Of a DNA stretch of 64,000 bases, positions 36,522 to 48,719 are shown piece after piece. The stretch lies in the NCBI GenBank assembly GCA_013265495.1, contig MU058482.1, positions 344,962 to 408,961 of the forward strand, in the 5' to 3' direction. How positions within the stretch are numbered: position 1 is the stretch's first letter; each line of letters starts with the position of its first letter. The notes under the pieces are model-generated. The model searched no databases and had not been told where the DNA came from. It saw only the letters and a list, made by a program, of their open reading frames with translations. The DNA is from Vicugna vicugna (Eukaryota). The position numbers were made by a program, and so were the translations under genes.

Positions 36522-37412
36522 GTATATTCACATTGCTGTACAACCAATCTCCAGAACTTTTTCATTTTACAAAACAGAAACTCTATACTCATTAAACAGC
36601 CTCCTATTTCCTCCTACCCCCAGCCCTTGGCAACCACCATTCTACTTTCTGTTTCTATGTATTTGACTACTCTAGATAATTTATTTTTAAAAAGTTTTTA
36701 TTTGTCTATAACCAATATACAATGCACAATGAACATTTTAAAATATTATTAAATATTCTATTATATAATTTTAAATGGTTGTTTAATATTCTATTCTATA
36801 AGTGGATCATAACTTATTTAATCAATGTCCTACTGATGGGCATTTAGATTGTTTTTTATTTTTTGTCATTATGACCAAATGCATTAAAAATGCTTGTAGA
36901 TAAATCCTTGCAGATAAATCCTTGCTTCCATCCATATTTATTTTTCTAAGATGAATTACTAGAAGTAGAATTGCTGAGTCAAAGAGAATGCCCATTAAAA
37001 AATGAAAAGAAGAAAAAAAAAGGGGTGGGGAGAAAAAAAAAGAGAATGCCCATTTTTAAGGTCTTTGATACTTATTTCTGAATTGTCCAACCAACTTTCA
37101 GAAATGTCATACCAGTTTACTCTACTTAGCAGTATCCATTTATCTTAGTATCAGAAGCATTTTTTAAAAATCTATTTCATAGATGAAAATATGAATTCAC
37201 TGTCCTTTTAATATGCATTTATTTGATTGTTATTTGCCTTGAACTTTAAATATATTTATTATCATTGTATATTTCTTTTAAGAGTCCCTGATGTGTTAAG
37301 GATATTAGATTTTTGCATGTTTTCTATTTCGGTTGTTATATGTCTGCTGTACGTGTGTTATGAAACAGATTTAAGAAAGTATTTTTTAACATCACGGAAA
37401 AGTTTTATGTAC

Positions 37413-37500
37413 TAGACCTATGCCATCCAAAATGGTAGCCGTTAGCCACATGGGTTTATTAGGCACCTGAAATGTAGCTAGTGTGACTAAGGGACTGACT
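37413..37500. mobile_element. hAT-Charlie (MER3/MER33-like) fragment
   Basis: ccaaaatggtagccgttagccacatg..aaatgtagctagtgtgact motif. Confidence 0.6.
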
Positions 37501-40500
37501 TTTTCATGTTGTTTCCCTATTTTCTTGTAGTTTTAAAAAACAACTTTATTGACGTATAATTTACACATGCTCATTTCAGGTGTAAAACACAATGATTTTT
37601 TTTAGTAACCTCACTGAATAATGCAACCATTCCCATAAGCCAGTTTTAGGACATTTTTATTTTCTAATTTCATTTACTTTAAATTTAAATTTGAAAACTG
37701 CTACTTGATTTAGTAACTGGAAACCTTACTTACACAAGCTTAACAAGGCTTTCTTTTGCTTTTCAGGACTCAGATAAAAGGGAAGAGACTTAATGATCTC
37801 TCCTGCATTGCTTGAATCTGCCAATTCAAATTCATGCTACTTCTCTTTGTGATATCATTGTTCCTAATTCAGCATTCCTTCATATTTCTAAAATTTACTT
37901 TTTTTTGTCCCCTAGTGTTCTGTTTTTACCACACCCCAGAAGGTAATGGTAGTCAGGCTTGTCCAAATTTCTCGTTTGGACAATGAGAAAGTGAGCGAGG
38001 GAGTATGTTCTGAGATTTTAGGTATCAGAAATATAAACTGGGATGACCAAAAGGCAGTATTTTGGGGGTGGAGTTGGGGAATAGGTAGTAATAAAGATAA
38101 GAATCATTCTATTGTAATGTTCCTGAGACATTAAGAAAGGACTCCAAAATTGTGTTTAAAAAGTCCCTGGGTAAATTTTATAATGGTCAGTCATATGAAA
38201 GATAATTATCACGTGAAATAAAATTTCACATTTGAAAGGATTTGGGCCAGTTCACATAGTATTTATTATAACATTTACATGTTTGCCCAAAAGGTCAATG
38301 TCTATCATTGTATTAAAATAAGCACTAATTATGAAATGTAAGATCTGTCAACTGAAAAGCACTCTGTAAGTGGTACAGAGATGAGCCTGATGAAAAATTA
38401 CCAGAGGAGAAAATCTTGTGCTTCCGTGCCAGAAGGAGAACAGATGGCAAGAGTGTTAAAGAAGGCTTAATCCACAAGAAACCAGATTTAGGTCATCGCT
38501 GGGATGAAAACTAGAAGAAGAGAAGACAAAGGAAAAAATGGAGAAAAATACTTGGTAGGAAACGGAAAAAAAAGAGAAACTGAGGAAATAAGAAACAGTA
38601 AGTCTTCTTAAGTCATTTATTTTCACAACATCTCCTTGAAGGGGCTGAGGCCTATATTATGGTTCCACAGCATCCTGTACTTATCTTTAGTAGCACTTAA
38701 CACAGTTTATTACAAGTAATTGAATAATTATTCATTTAATACTTGACCCTGTTCTGAAGATCAGGGACTCCATCTATTTTTTTCCTTCTATGCTCTCGTG
38801 ACCTAACATAGTACATGGCACAACGCTGATTACACAGCATGTACTTCATAAATATTTGTCCAATAAATGAGTAAAAATTTTCCACCTTGGCAAACCTTAC
38901 ATTATTAATAACTATGGAATAGTTATAGGCACACACTCTAGAAATCATACTTCCTGGAGTCAGAATCTTAGCTCCATCAAAAGCTAGCTGTGCCACCTTG
39001 GGCAAATTACCTAACCTCCCTGTGCTTTACTTTTCTGATCTTTAAAATGGGGATAAGAAAATTGCCAAATGTAAAGTGCTTCACACATGGTATCTTCTCA
39101 ATTAAAGTTATCTATTATTTTATTATTATTAATATAATGGTGGCCAATAATACTTAAAATCAAATATATGACCTCAAAACCACCAGATGTCATGATTCCG
39201 AATTGCTGTAATCTTTCTAATTTTTTCAAGCTTTGTGGAGAAAGATTTTTTGCTTGTTTATTTATTTTTTACTTTTTAAGCTCAGGGTTTTGGTGATCAA
39301 GAAAAAGAGATGAAAAGAGTCCCTGATTAAAGATGATAATATTTAAGTAAAAATAAACTCATATATAAATTTTTTAAAATCTGTAAAATCTACACCAAAT
39401 GGTTAAGAATGGATGTTTTTGGAGGATATATCACATAGAAGCTTTCAGTTTTTCTGTATTTCAAAGTTTTACAATAAACACAAATTATCAGAAAAAAATA
39501 GTATTTCCATTTGGAAAGCTTTAAAATAATAAGAGAGAAAAACAAAGCAAAACAAAACACTAGAAGCCTTTAGAAGGTGTATATTTCAACCAAAGTGATC
39601 AGTAATGTTATTGGCAGTACCTAAAATCTTTTCTGTAGAATCTGTGACCTGTTGGAGGACAGCAGGGGCTGCCTAGGCAAAGGGTCTTGTGGAGGGGATC
39701 ACACTGGTGGGTAATGAGGGGCCAGTCTGGGAAGAGCTGTGACTGAAACAATAAAAATTCATAGGACTGGAATAGAGAGCTATTATAGGATTTTAGTGTG
39801 GGAGTCACACAATAAAAATGAATGCTTTCAGATGATCACCATGACAGCAGTTTGCAGGATCAGCTTGGGGGACAGACTCAGTGTGGTAGAAACAGGATAC
39901 AGTAAAAGATAAGGGTCTGGAAAGTGGTGTGTAGTATCTTTATCATGTCACTTTTCAGGTAGAATATGGTTGCTGGTAGAAGATAGATTGTGGTCAGAAA
40001 GGTCTCCAAATTAGTATAAAGAAGGATAGAGTGGGGTTGGATATTAGAGAGCTCTGCGAATTTTAATTGAGTGCTTTGTTTGGATTCATTAAAGACCACC
40101 TCCTCAGTCTCCAATGAAAGATGCTTATGGTACCATCTTTAGATGATTAAGGATACAGAGGAAGAGAGGCAATGACAATGCACTAATTATGTTCTATTTG
40201 GCTTGTTGAATGGAATAAGGTAGACAACTAGGCATGCTGAGTGTAGGTAGGATGATAGCTATTGAGGACAATATTCAGCTAATAACTTAGGTAACAAGTG
40301 AATTAGGAATTTTGTAGCTGTTGCTGCTTTTCCTTCCTTCTCCTTCTACTTGGCAGGTGGCTTAGAATTTGGAGAAAGGAAGGTTGCAGGGGGTATATTA
40401 CTCTGGTAATACCTCTAAGCCACATACAGCTTTCTTCAAAGAGAATTCCTTTTTGCATTAAAGACGAAAGTACAGTTTTGTTTTTTCTCTTTAGGCCAAG

Positions 40501-41469
40501 ATAAGAAGTTACTGCTCTCTGTTTCCTTATCTCTGCCCCCACTTCCCCTCTATTACTGGAGTCTGGCTCATGGCTTGCTTTCTTCTTTCTATACATAGCC
40601 ACCCAATAAAAGCTTTGAACTTTAGAAGTTAAGGGTGTTTAGAGTAAGCAGAGTAAGGGAACTTTATACTCTCTAGTTCACCCACCTAGGTTCACAGAAC
40701 CTTAAAACCAGATAGTCATGAATGTTTATCATCAACATGGTGTTTTGCATTCCACCTTGTATCATGTTATTTTTGCACCTGCTTTCTTATCCGTAGGAAA
40801 TTCAAGTTACTTGACAGAGTGGATGTTAATTCTTCTTGTACCCCACCTAGCATAGGAGTGAACTCCTTGAAAACATAAATGCTGTCTCTTAAGTACTTCT
40901 GCACCAAATACAGTGCTGGTTAAAAAGTAGGTCATGACAAAGATCATGCAGTAAAACGGATTTCTGGTAAAATGAATTTAAGAAGTTTTCATTAACATTT
41001 TATAGACATTTTCATTCTTTGAGAACAATGAGTAATAAAACATGTCAGTGTTTATTTTTGTTTACCTAAGTGAAGAATTACATGTTGACCAAGCCTCACA
41101 GCATCTGGGTCCCTCTAAGTAAGTGCTATATAAAATATTTAATAAAAAAGGACAGTCTATCTGTTTGTCCTGGGAAGATAACAATTTCCCCTGATAAATA
41201 AAAACTAATGATTAATTAATTTAACACAAATTTCAAACACTCTCTGTGTAAGGCCCTATGACACGTAGCAGGCAAAGGGAATACAGAGAGGAATAAGAAT
41301 TAAACTCTGCCATCAAAAGACTTACCATCCAGGAGGGGAGAAGAGATGAGTAGAAAAATAAACCACAGTGCTATGAGGTAGTTTTAAACTGCAATGCGGC
41401 AACTGAGCTGAGGCTTTAAACACATGGAGATGTTTTCTGTCTGATTATTTGTTCAAAGTTGACAATTTG

Positions 41470-41638
41470 CACGGGGAACCATATTCAATATCCTATAGTA
41501 ACCTACGGTGAAAAAGAGTATGAGAATGAATGTATGTATGTTCCTATGTAACTGAAGTATTGTGCTGTACACCAGAAATTGACATGACATTGTAAACTGT
41601 ACTTCAATAAAAATATATTAAAAGAAAAAACAAAACAC
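41470..41638 (+). mobile_element. 5'-truncated, relatively young L1 3' tail
   Basis: tgctgtacaccagaaattgaca..aataaaa; TSD caaagttgaca(a/g)tttg at 41454 and 41639. Confidence 0.85.
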
Positions 41639-41865
41639 CAAAGTTGACAGTTTGGAAAACAGAAAAGCACAAGGAAGTGAAACAAAAAGGCACATATAAT
41701 TCCTCCACCAGAAGAGAACCACTATTAACATTGTAGTATATTTTTTCTTACATGTTTTGTTTCTGCTTTTAACTTTTGCTAAATGCAATACATACATAAG
41801 GCAAAAAAATTCAAATAGTATAGAAAGGCATATCATTGAAAAAGGTAAAAGGTTTGCTCCCCAAA

Positions 41866-42246
41866 TGTAAGTCAAACTAAATTTCTAGGCCCACAGTGGA
41901 GTTGCTCCTGCTGGGGGAGTCAGGTCAGCAAACCCAACCTTTATGTTCCTGAAAAGCTCAGTTTGACCAGAAACGCAGTAGATCCAGTCAGCCAATCCCC
42001 AAACGCCATATTGTTAGGCTCTGTACTTGTTTCTTTGTCCCTTAGTCTTTCTAAGTAAGGCCAGATATGCAATGCCTGCCAATCCTGATTGCCTTGCTGC
42101 TTGCAATGCTTTATAAAACTCACTCGTGCCCAAACTCCCTGGGGAAGAGTGCTCCTCTGCTTATGAGACACTTAACTCTTCCAACCGATGTGTTGTTTTC
42201 CTTTATGGAACTCCTTACTAAATTGTTTTGGTTCTGTCCTTTGACA
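41866..42246 (+). mobile_element. Probable LTR relic ~1.1 kb upstream of the HNRNPC TSS
   Basis: TG start, agccaatc, tataaaa, tttgaCA end; no clear TSD. Confidence 0.5.
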
Positions 42247-42849
42247 GGTAACAACCAGCTTCCTTGTGAGTCTCCCTGGAATTCTGAGCTAGTTCAAAAC
42301 TAATGCATAAAACTGTATTCACATATACATACATCCCTTTAAATGTATACAGACGGAATCACAGTCTCTAGACAGCGCTCTGCATTGTGCCTTCCCTAAT
42401 CACACAAACAGCCTTCATTCCTAGTACAGCTGGTTCTATTTCACTGCGTGCATGGCTGCTATAACACAACCAGAGGGGCTGGCAGGCGATGACCCGAGCC
42501 AGCAGACAGGAGACAGGCCATTTCAGGACGAGAGGAATTAAGGGGCCAGATTTGGGGGGCGGGCGGGGGAAGACTAGAGCGGTAAGCCACTTTGGTTGGC
42601 ATGTAGGGTATTAGTGAGATGATCTGGGGCCAGAGGATGGGTGCTGCAGTCTTTCTTTACCTTTTTGTAGTGGAGAGGAATAAGGAAGTCAGTTGGTTTG
42701 GGTGAGATACGGGCTGTCTGAAGAAGGGCTTGACAGGCTGAGAAGTGGAGTTGTACAAGAGGGAGCCCTAGGGTAGGAAAAACTGCAGGGCTGACTTGTT
42801 TTCTAGTCTTTAGTGCTCCTTCCCCACTTAATTAAAAGCCTCTTCTTTA

Positions 42850-43960
42850 TCCACGCCGCACGACAAAGCACTTACTGGTCGCTTTTCTTTTTATCTAGGC
42901 CCGGGGCTAGGGCAGATCCTCCGAGCCGGCTACCAAACAAAATCCCGCAATCCTTCCCCGCCCCCGCGCCGCGGGAATTCCGAGATCCGGGCGGGCCTTC
43001 CACCAGTCTCTCTGGGGCACAGACATAGGATACCGCGGCCGCCAATCAGACCTCCGGGATACCCGGATGTGAAGCGGAGCGCGGTACAAAGGCAAGTTTC
43101 CTCCCAGCGCGTCGTCAGTTACAGTGGCCAATAAGCATTTCTCAGGGGATAAATGACAGGAAAGATAGCCAATTATAAACTAGTTTCTCTCACGCATGTG
43201 GAAATTCTCTTACTTAGTCTAACCCACCACTGGTTGTGGTTGGACAGAGTTGTGAAGAGCGGTCGAACTGCCTAATTAGAAGCGGGAGCGAGAAAAGTCG
43301 CAGCCAATAGGAAGGTTCCCAGCAGTGGGGCGGGGGCTAGGCCTTCGCCTAGGCGGCAGAGGAGGCTCGGGGGCCATTTTGTGAAGAGGCGAAGACTGAG
43401 CGGTTGTGGCCGCATTGCTGGCCTCGAGGAGTGGTCGGCTTTTCCACGTAGAACCCGGGAGTAGGAGATTCAGAATCGAATCTCTTCTCCCTACCCCCTC
43501 CTGGTAAGTGGAGGGGGCGGAAGCGGGGGAGGCGCTGGGTTCTTCGGGGAGCGCGAGGGGGTGTGGGAGAGAAGACGAGGGAACCCTCCCCTCGGTAGAG
43601 TAAGCAGGCCCCCATTAATTCTGTTTGCATTGGGGGATTAGGTCCTAAATGCGGTGAGTTTTATAGGCCTCAGCCTTTGCATAGATTTAACCTAGTGTCC
43701 TCTAGGCCACGATCGGCGGGGTAAATGTCCTTTTTCTATTTCGCTCTCCTGTACTAACGGTTGATGTCCTTTCATTTTCTACGACCATGAGGACTTTGAG
43801 ATCATGAAAGGAAAGATGCTCATTAATACAGTTTAAGTTAAGGTAGTGCCGATGCCTCCCGTTAAATTTAAAAATTGGGCGGGGAGGGGGTAGGGAAGGG
43901 TTATCCAGCAGATATTGTACCGCAAGCGTCTGGATTCCCGAGCGCACCGCAGGTCATAAT
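42850..43960 (+). promoter_or_regulatory. HNRNPC: HNRNPC CpG-island promoter: CCAAT boxes (e.g. 43042, 43304), ETS-like CCGGATGT (~43063), GC box 43327-43336, YY1/initiator GCCATTTT 43373-43380
   Basis: High CpG/GC density and motifs read directly; TATA-less housekeeping architecture. Confidence 0.88.
43372..43503 (+). other. HNRNPC: HNRNPC non-coding exon 1 (5' UTR)
   Basis: GCCATTTTGTGAAGAG..GAAGACTGAGCGGTTGTGGCCGC..GAACCCGGGAGTAGGAGA..CAGAATCGAATCTCTTCTCCC matches recalled HNRNPC 5' UTR; CTG|GTAAGT donor; HNRNPC-RPGRIP1 head-to-head synteny. Confidence 0.9.
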
Positions 43961-46074
43961 AATATTATAACAATAGGTTAAATATTTTACTGAATACTTT
44001 TAATCTTACTGCTCTCTGAGCAAATGGCGGACCTCAGAGTAGCTGTTTTCAATTCTTTTTAAGAAAATTGAAATCTCATTTACATATTAACAGTAATAAT
44101 TAAAGCTGGCTTTTTATCTGCAGGTTACAAATCACTTGAAATATATAAGTTAGTGGAACTTGCTTGAGGTAGGTATTACTATCTTCTCAGACAGAAACCG
44201 AAACATAAAGAGTGTTAATTGCCAGGGTCATATTGAATCAGTAGCGGAACTAGTAAGGAATTAGTCAAGTGGCTTTACCTAGTTACTGAAATAGTGGGTA
44301 CTAGAAGTACTGTATTTGAATCTTTGCGAGGAGCCAATTACAGCAATCACTGGCGATAACTGGAAATTCCCACACTGCCCTTGGGAGAAATATTAAATTA
44401 CGAGAATTGCATTTATTTTTAAAGTAACGTCCTAAGACAATAAAGTTTGACTTTTAGGATATTCTGGCATTAATTTTCCAGACCATCGAAACTTAGACGA
44501 AACCGCTCTACGGAGTTTTCATTAAGCAAGTATTGTAGTGTTTACTATTTGCTAGATCCTGAAATTTAATAAAATTTTTGGCTAAGTTTGTAAAAATTAC
44601 ATAGGTTTCTAAGTAGTATCACATTCACTTACCTAAGAAATAGGTTTTTCTAAATCCTTGTGTAAGATTTAGTTGATTTTATTGTTCATAATGTGTTACT
44701 CTCACAAAAACTAGGATTATTAAGCACGGTTTAAACCAAAACTGCAAAATAAATTCATCCCTTAGGAAACCTGTTATAAAGTAAAAATACTCCTATTTTA
44801 TATAGCTATGCATTTATTGATCTTTCACTGTGTAGATAATTGTAATAGGGATCAAAAACATTACCTTTAAAAAAATGCCTAGGCATTTATACTGTGTGGA
44901 CTTAAAACAAATGAAGCGCAGAAGTGTCAGAAATGAGGTAAAAGCACTGATTAGTTAATTTAGGAAACCATATCTAACAGAAATATTGGCAAATAAAGAG
45001 AATTGTAAGAAATTAGTATTTAGTATTTAAGAACAGTTATTGATGGGAGTTGAAATTAATTGAAGGACGCTCTTCTTGCCTTGAGGTGTTAGGAATATGG
45101 ATTCCTTAGAATCAGCATGACCTTTGAGTTAATATCCATCTGCAATGATTTGGCCACAGAATGAATGTATGAAACAATTCTAGATGTGTCTTCAAGTAGG
45201 TAGGCATTAGTAACATTTTCACGTTGGCTGGGCTAAGTTGTAGATCTGACCTTTTTGTGTTTCCCATACTCATGCCTGGTGGTATTTGCTGTTTTCCTTC
45301 GTAGAGAATTTAAATATGCCTTATTATTTGTGATTAGGTCTCCAAAGGGTTTCACATGGTGTGCGGCCTTGTTTTGTATGGAATTGCTGTTAGAATCATA
45401 GCTACTTACTCTAATCTCAAAGATTAATTATATTAACTGGTGGATGTGTGAGATGTTAACTGGGAGTGTGACAGTTAAAAGAACCTTGGCCTAGTAGTTA
45501 AGAGAACTGGGTTTTGTCCTCTTCCTCTTCTGATTATGTCAGGCAAATCAGTTAAACTCTCTGGGGTTCAGTTTTATACTTATAAGGGAGCTTAGACTTC
45601 TTACCTGTTTTAATTTCTGATTTCTGTAACTGAGGTCATTTGTTGCCAGAAGGCTAAAAAGTGTACAGAAATAGTTTTATTGTTGAAAGCAGTTTTTGTG
45701 TATTAGTAATTACTGTTAACTGCCTTAATAGCAGTATTTTTCAGTTTTCAAGCAATTTTATTAGGTGTTTTGGAGGAGCAATATCTGCTCATACTTACAT
45801 GTACTCATTCATTCTCATTAGGATCAGGGAAGCTTATGGTTCTGTACATACTAGATTTACTATAGAACTGACTGTGGTGAGAACCAGAACTATCTGATGT
45901 AGCATAACTGCATGTGTTCTCTTAGATACTGGAAATTGGGGGTTTATAAAGGGGAAAAGGATTAGTATAGAGTTTCATAGTATGGTATAGCATTTACTGT
46001 GGTAAGTTACTGTTCTTGAATTTGTTTTATATTGATCTTTATTAAGGGATAGAGGTGTTCCCTATTAAGCTCTA

Positions 46075-46255
46075 CAGAGTGGTTCTTAAACATGAGCTGA
46101 CATTAGGGTCTGCCAGAGGACTGGTTAAAACAGATTGCTGGCGTCTCTGCCATCACTTTCTAATTAAGTCTGGGGTGGGTCCTATTAATTTGCATTTCTA
46201 ATACAAGTGCCATGTGATGCTGGTTGGCAGTCCTCACTTTGAGAATGCCCCCTTT
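46075..46255. mobile_element. MER5A-like hAT MITE
   Basis: cagagtggttcttaaac...gttaaaacagattgctgg...tttgcatttctaa...cactttgagaa. Confidence 0.75.
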
Positions 46256-47716
46256 AGAAGGAATCCCAATCTCCCAGAAATTTGACAAAGTGTAAACTAG
46301 ATATACTATTAATTGCAAAGATTACGTTTAAGTGCTAAAGTTTGTTGGCCTTTTTTATGAGTGGTAGCTTATCAATTTAACATGGACATCTTGGGAGACA
46401 ACTTCTTGAGGTTGAGAGATGGAAATGTTTTCTTCTGATATTAATTACTTATTTTTAAACTTATGTCTTGTAACACATGTACAAAGGATTTGTTTGTAGA
46501 TAGCCACAGTTACTTAACATATCTTGAAATTTTTGAGTACCAGTTTCAGGCTATGACTCCAAAGAAGAAAATTGAATGTTTCACCCTTACTGATACCCGT
46601 AACACTGACGCAGAGGCGATAACATTCAAATAATGTACGTTTTCTACAATTTTTTCTATAGTTTGTACATTTGTCCAGCTTAATATATCAGTATAAGTGT
46701 AAAAGTAACTTATATGTCATGCCTAAACTCCTCTGCTACTAAAAAATTTACACTTAAAATTTTAGTTATAGGACCTATAGTCACTCATACATGATTGAGT
46801 CAAGGAACACTTTTTTAAATCTCAGCTTAAAATTTTTTAATTTACTAACATTTGAAAAGAATAAAATCTTATGGCCAAGTATAATGCAAGTATAGTCATT
46901 CTTATTTATTTATTCAAAGACCTGCAGTCTAACTGCAGATCTTGTTTTAGCTGATGATTTAGTGTGGTGTTGTGTGTCAGACTCTTAGAATTCCTATCTT
47001 GAAATTAGCTGTATATACTAGTTTATAAACAGTGGGACCACAGGAACAAATTTCTTAAGGGCCATAATTTACTTTTCACCTGTTTTGACATTATTCAGTA
47101 GCTATAGTAATCTTTTTTCCTTCATCTGTGGTTTTTCATTCTGTTGCCGAGTGGATTAATGTGCTCCTTATTTAAAGCTTTTTTCTCCCTGATAGAACCG
47201 CTCAGGTCTTGTGGCTTGATTGCACATTAGTTTCGAGAGTAGATGTCATCTCTAGTATGTAGCTTCGTGGTAGACTGTTCACCTTCAGTTTGTGTCATAG
47301 GAAAAAAAACTACATGGACTTAAAATTTTAAAACCCACGAAATCTGCTTACCTTCATAATCTTGATGTTTGACATTTGCTCACTTCATCTCTGTTGGCCT
47401 GGTTTTTCCTATATTTTCTTTGCCCAAACTGCTGATTATCAAGATGAATGTTTGAATATGGACCTTTTTTTTTTGGAGACCATTGAGGGAATACAGGTGC
47501 ATATTTTGTTAATTTTAGTCACCTACTGATACTGAAGAATTGTGAAGACAGTCACTGATAGAGGTGATGATTCTAAAGAGGCTGTCCCCATCCCAGTGGA
47601 ATGTTATACTTTACCAAAATGTGTTAGATGCAATGGACAGATGTTTCTGTCTTGGGGGTTTAGGGCACAACATTTCTGAGGAACTCTGACTCAATCTGTC
47701 CCTTCTCCTTTCACAG

Positions 47717-47880
47717 GGCAGCAAGGCGAACCCCATCCCTACTCACTGGAGCTCAGCTTTGATTTTTAACCTCCCTTCCCCATCCTTCCAGAACACACAC
47801 ATTCCCATTCCAAAACTGATTTTATAAAGACATTTTAAACATAATGATGCAACTTGGTGTGCACTACGGCAAATTTACAG
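47717..47880 (+). other. HNRNPC: Putative HNRNPC alternative 5' UTR cassette exon (164 nt, contains ATGATG)
   Basis: Strong acceptor ccttctcctttcacAG|GG, weak donor CAG|GTGTTT followed by a T-run. Confidence 0.55.
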
Positions 47881-48209
47881 GTGTTTTTTTTTTAATTGTT
47901 TCCAAAAACGGGACTTGGATTTAAGATGTAATTTTTAAATTTCTATTTCTATTTTTTCTGCAGCAGTTGGGTTAGAGGAGGAGGAGCCTTTTAGCCTCTT
48001 ATAAACTGACCTCTCTACTTCCTCGTGTATTTTTAAGATTGATTGATGATGTGGAAAGGGCTTTGCTTGTCTGCTACTGAGAACTTTACCCTTGCGGTTT
48101 TTGTGGAAACTGCTTTTGGAAAGAGAAAAGAAATGAACTTTACTGACTTGACATTTTTGCACCTCCCGTTTTTCTAATCTGGGCTATTTTTATTTTTGTT
48201 TTTTTACAG

Positions 48210-48235
48210 TGAGATTTTTTTGATCTTCAGCTACA
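48210..48235 (+). other. HNRNPC: HNRNPC non-coding exon 2 (26 nt, TGAGATTTTTTTGATCTTCAGCTACA)
   Basis: Matches recalled HNRNPC 5' UTR; long pyrimidine tract + tacAG acceptor and GTAAGT donor. Confidence 0.9.
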
Positions 48236-48713
48236 GTAAGTTATTCCAATTTTTTTTTTACATTTTTCCTGACTTTCCGCTGATTTCCTTTTTATTGTTG
48301 TTACTAGTTACTATTATTATTTATTATTATACTTAATGATGGTGATGATGATGATGATAATAACACTGATGATTTTTAACCGGATTAAAATCGAGTTTTT
48401 CTGAATGTGCATAAGAATTTCTCCGGCCTTCTGATTGACTTTGGAGTTTTGCATCTTGGGAGAGAAGGTGAAGGCAGTAGCATTTTTAAGTGGATTGATC
48501 ACGTAAACCTTTTCTCTCCCAACCCTTCCCCTTGCCCTCATCCCCTTCCCCACGCTCGAAAGAATTTTACTGGCTGTTAAGTCTGTGACCTTATTTTTCC
48601 TGATCTTTAACTTAACTGTTTTAGAGCATCTCTGGACGTCTGTATTTTTTATTTTTTATTTTTGTTTTTTTTATTTTTAATCTTTCATTTGTTAAATTTT
48701 TAAACTGTGCTGC

Positions 48714-48719
48714 AATAAA
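48714..48719 (+). terminator. Candidate intronic polyadenylation signal in HNRNPC
   Basis: AATAAA with upstream TGTA (48641) and U-tracts, and a downstream GT-rich tgtgtgtggt. Confidence 0.5.

Noticed and set aside
48345..48404. C/D-box snoRNA-like motifs (RTGATGA ... CTGA)
   Set aside because: The C-box matches arise from a (GAT)n repeat; no terminal stem or recognisable rRNA guide found
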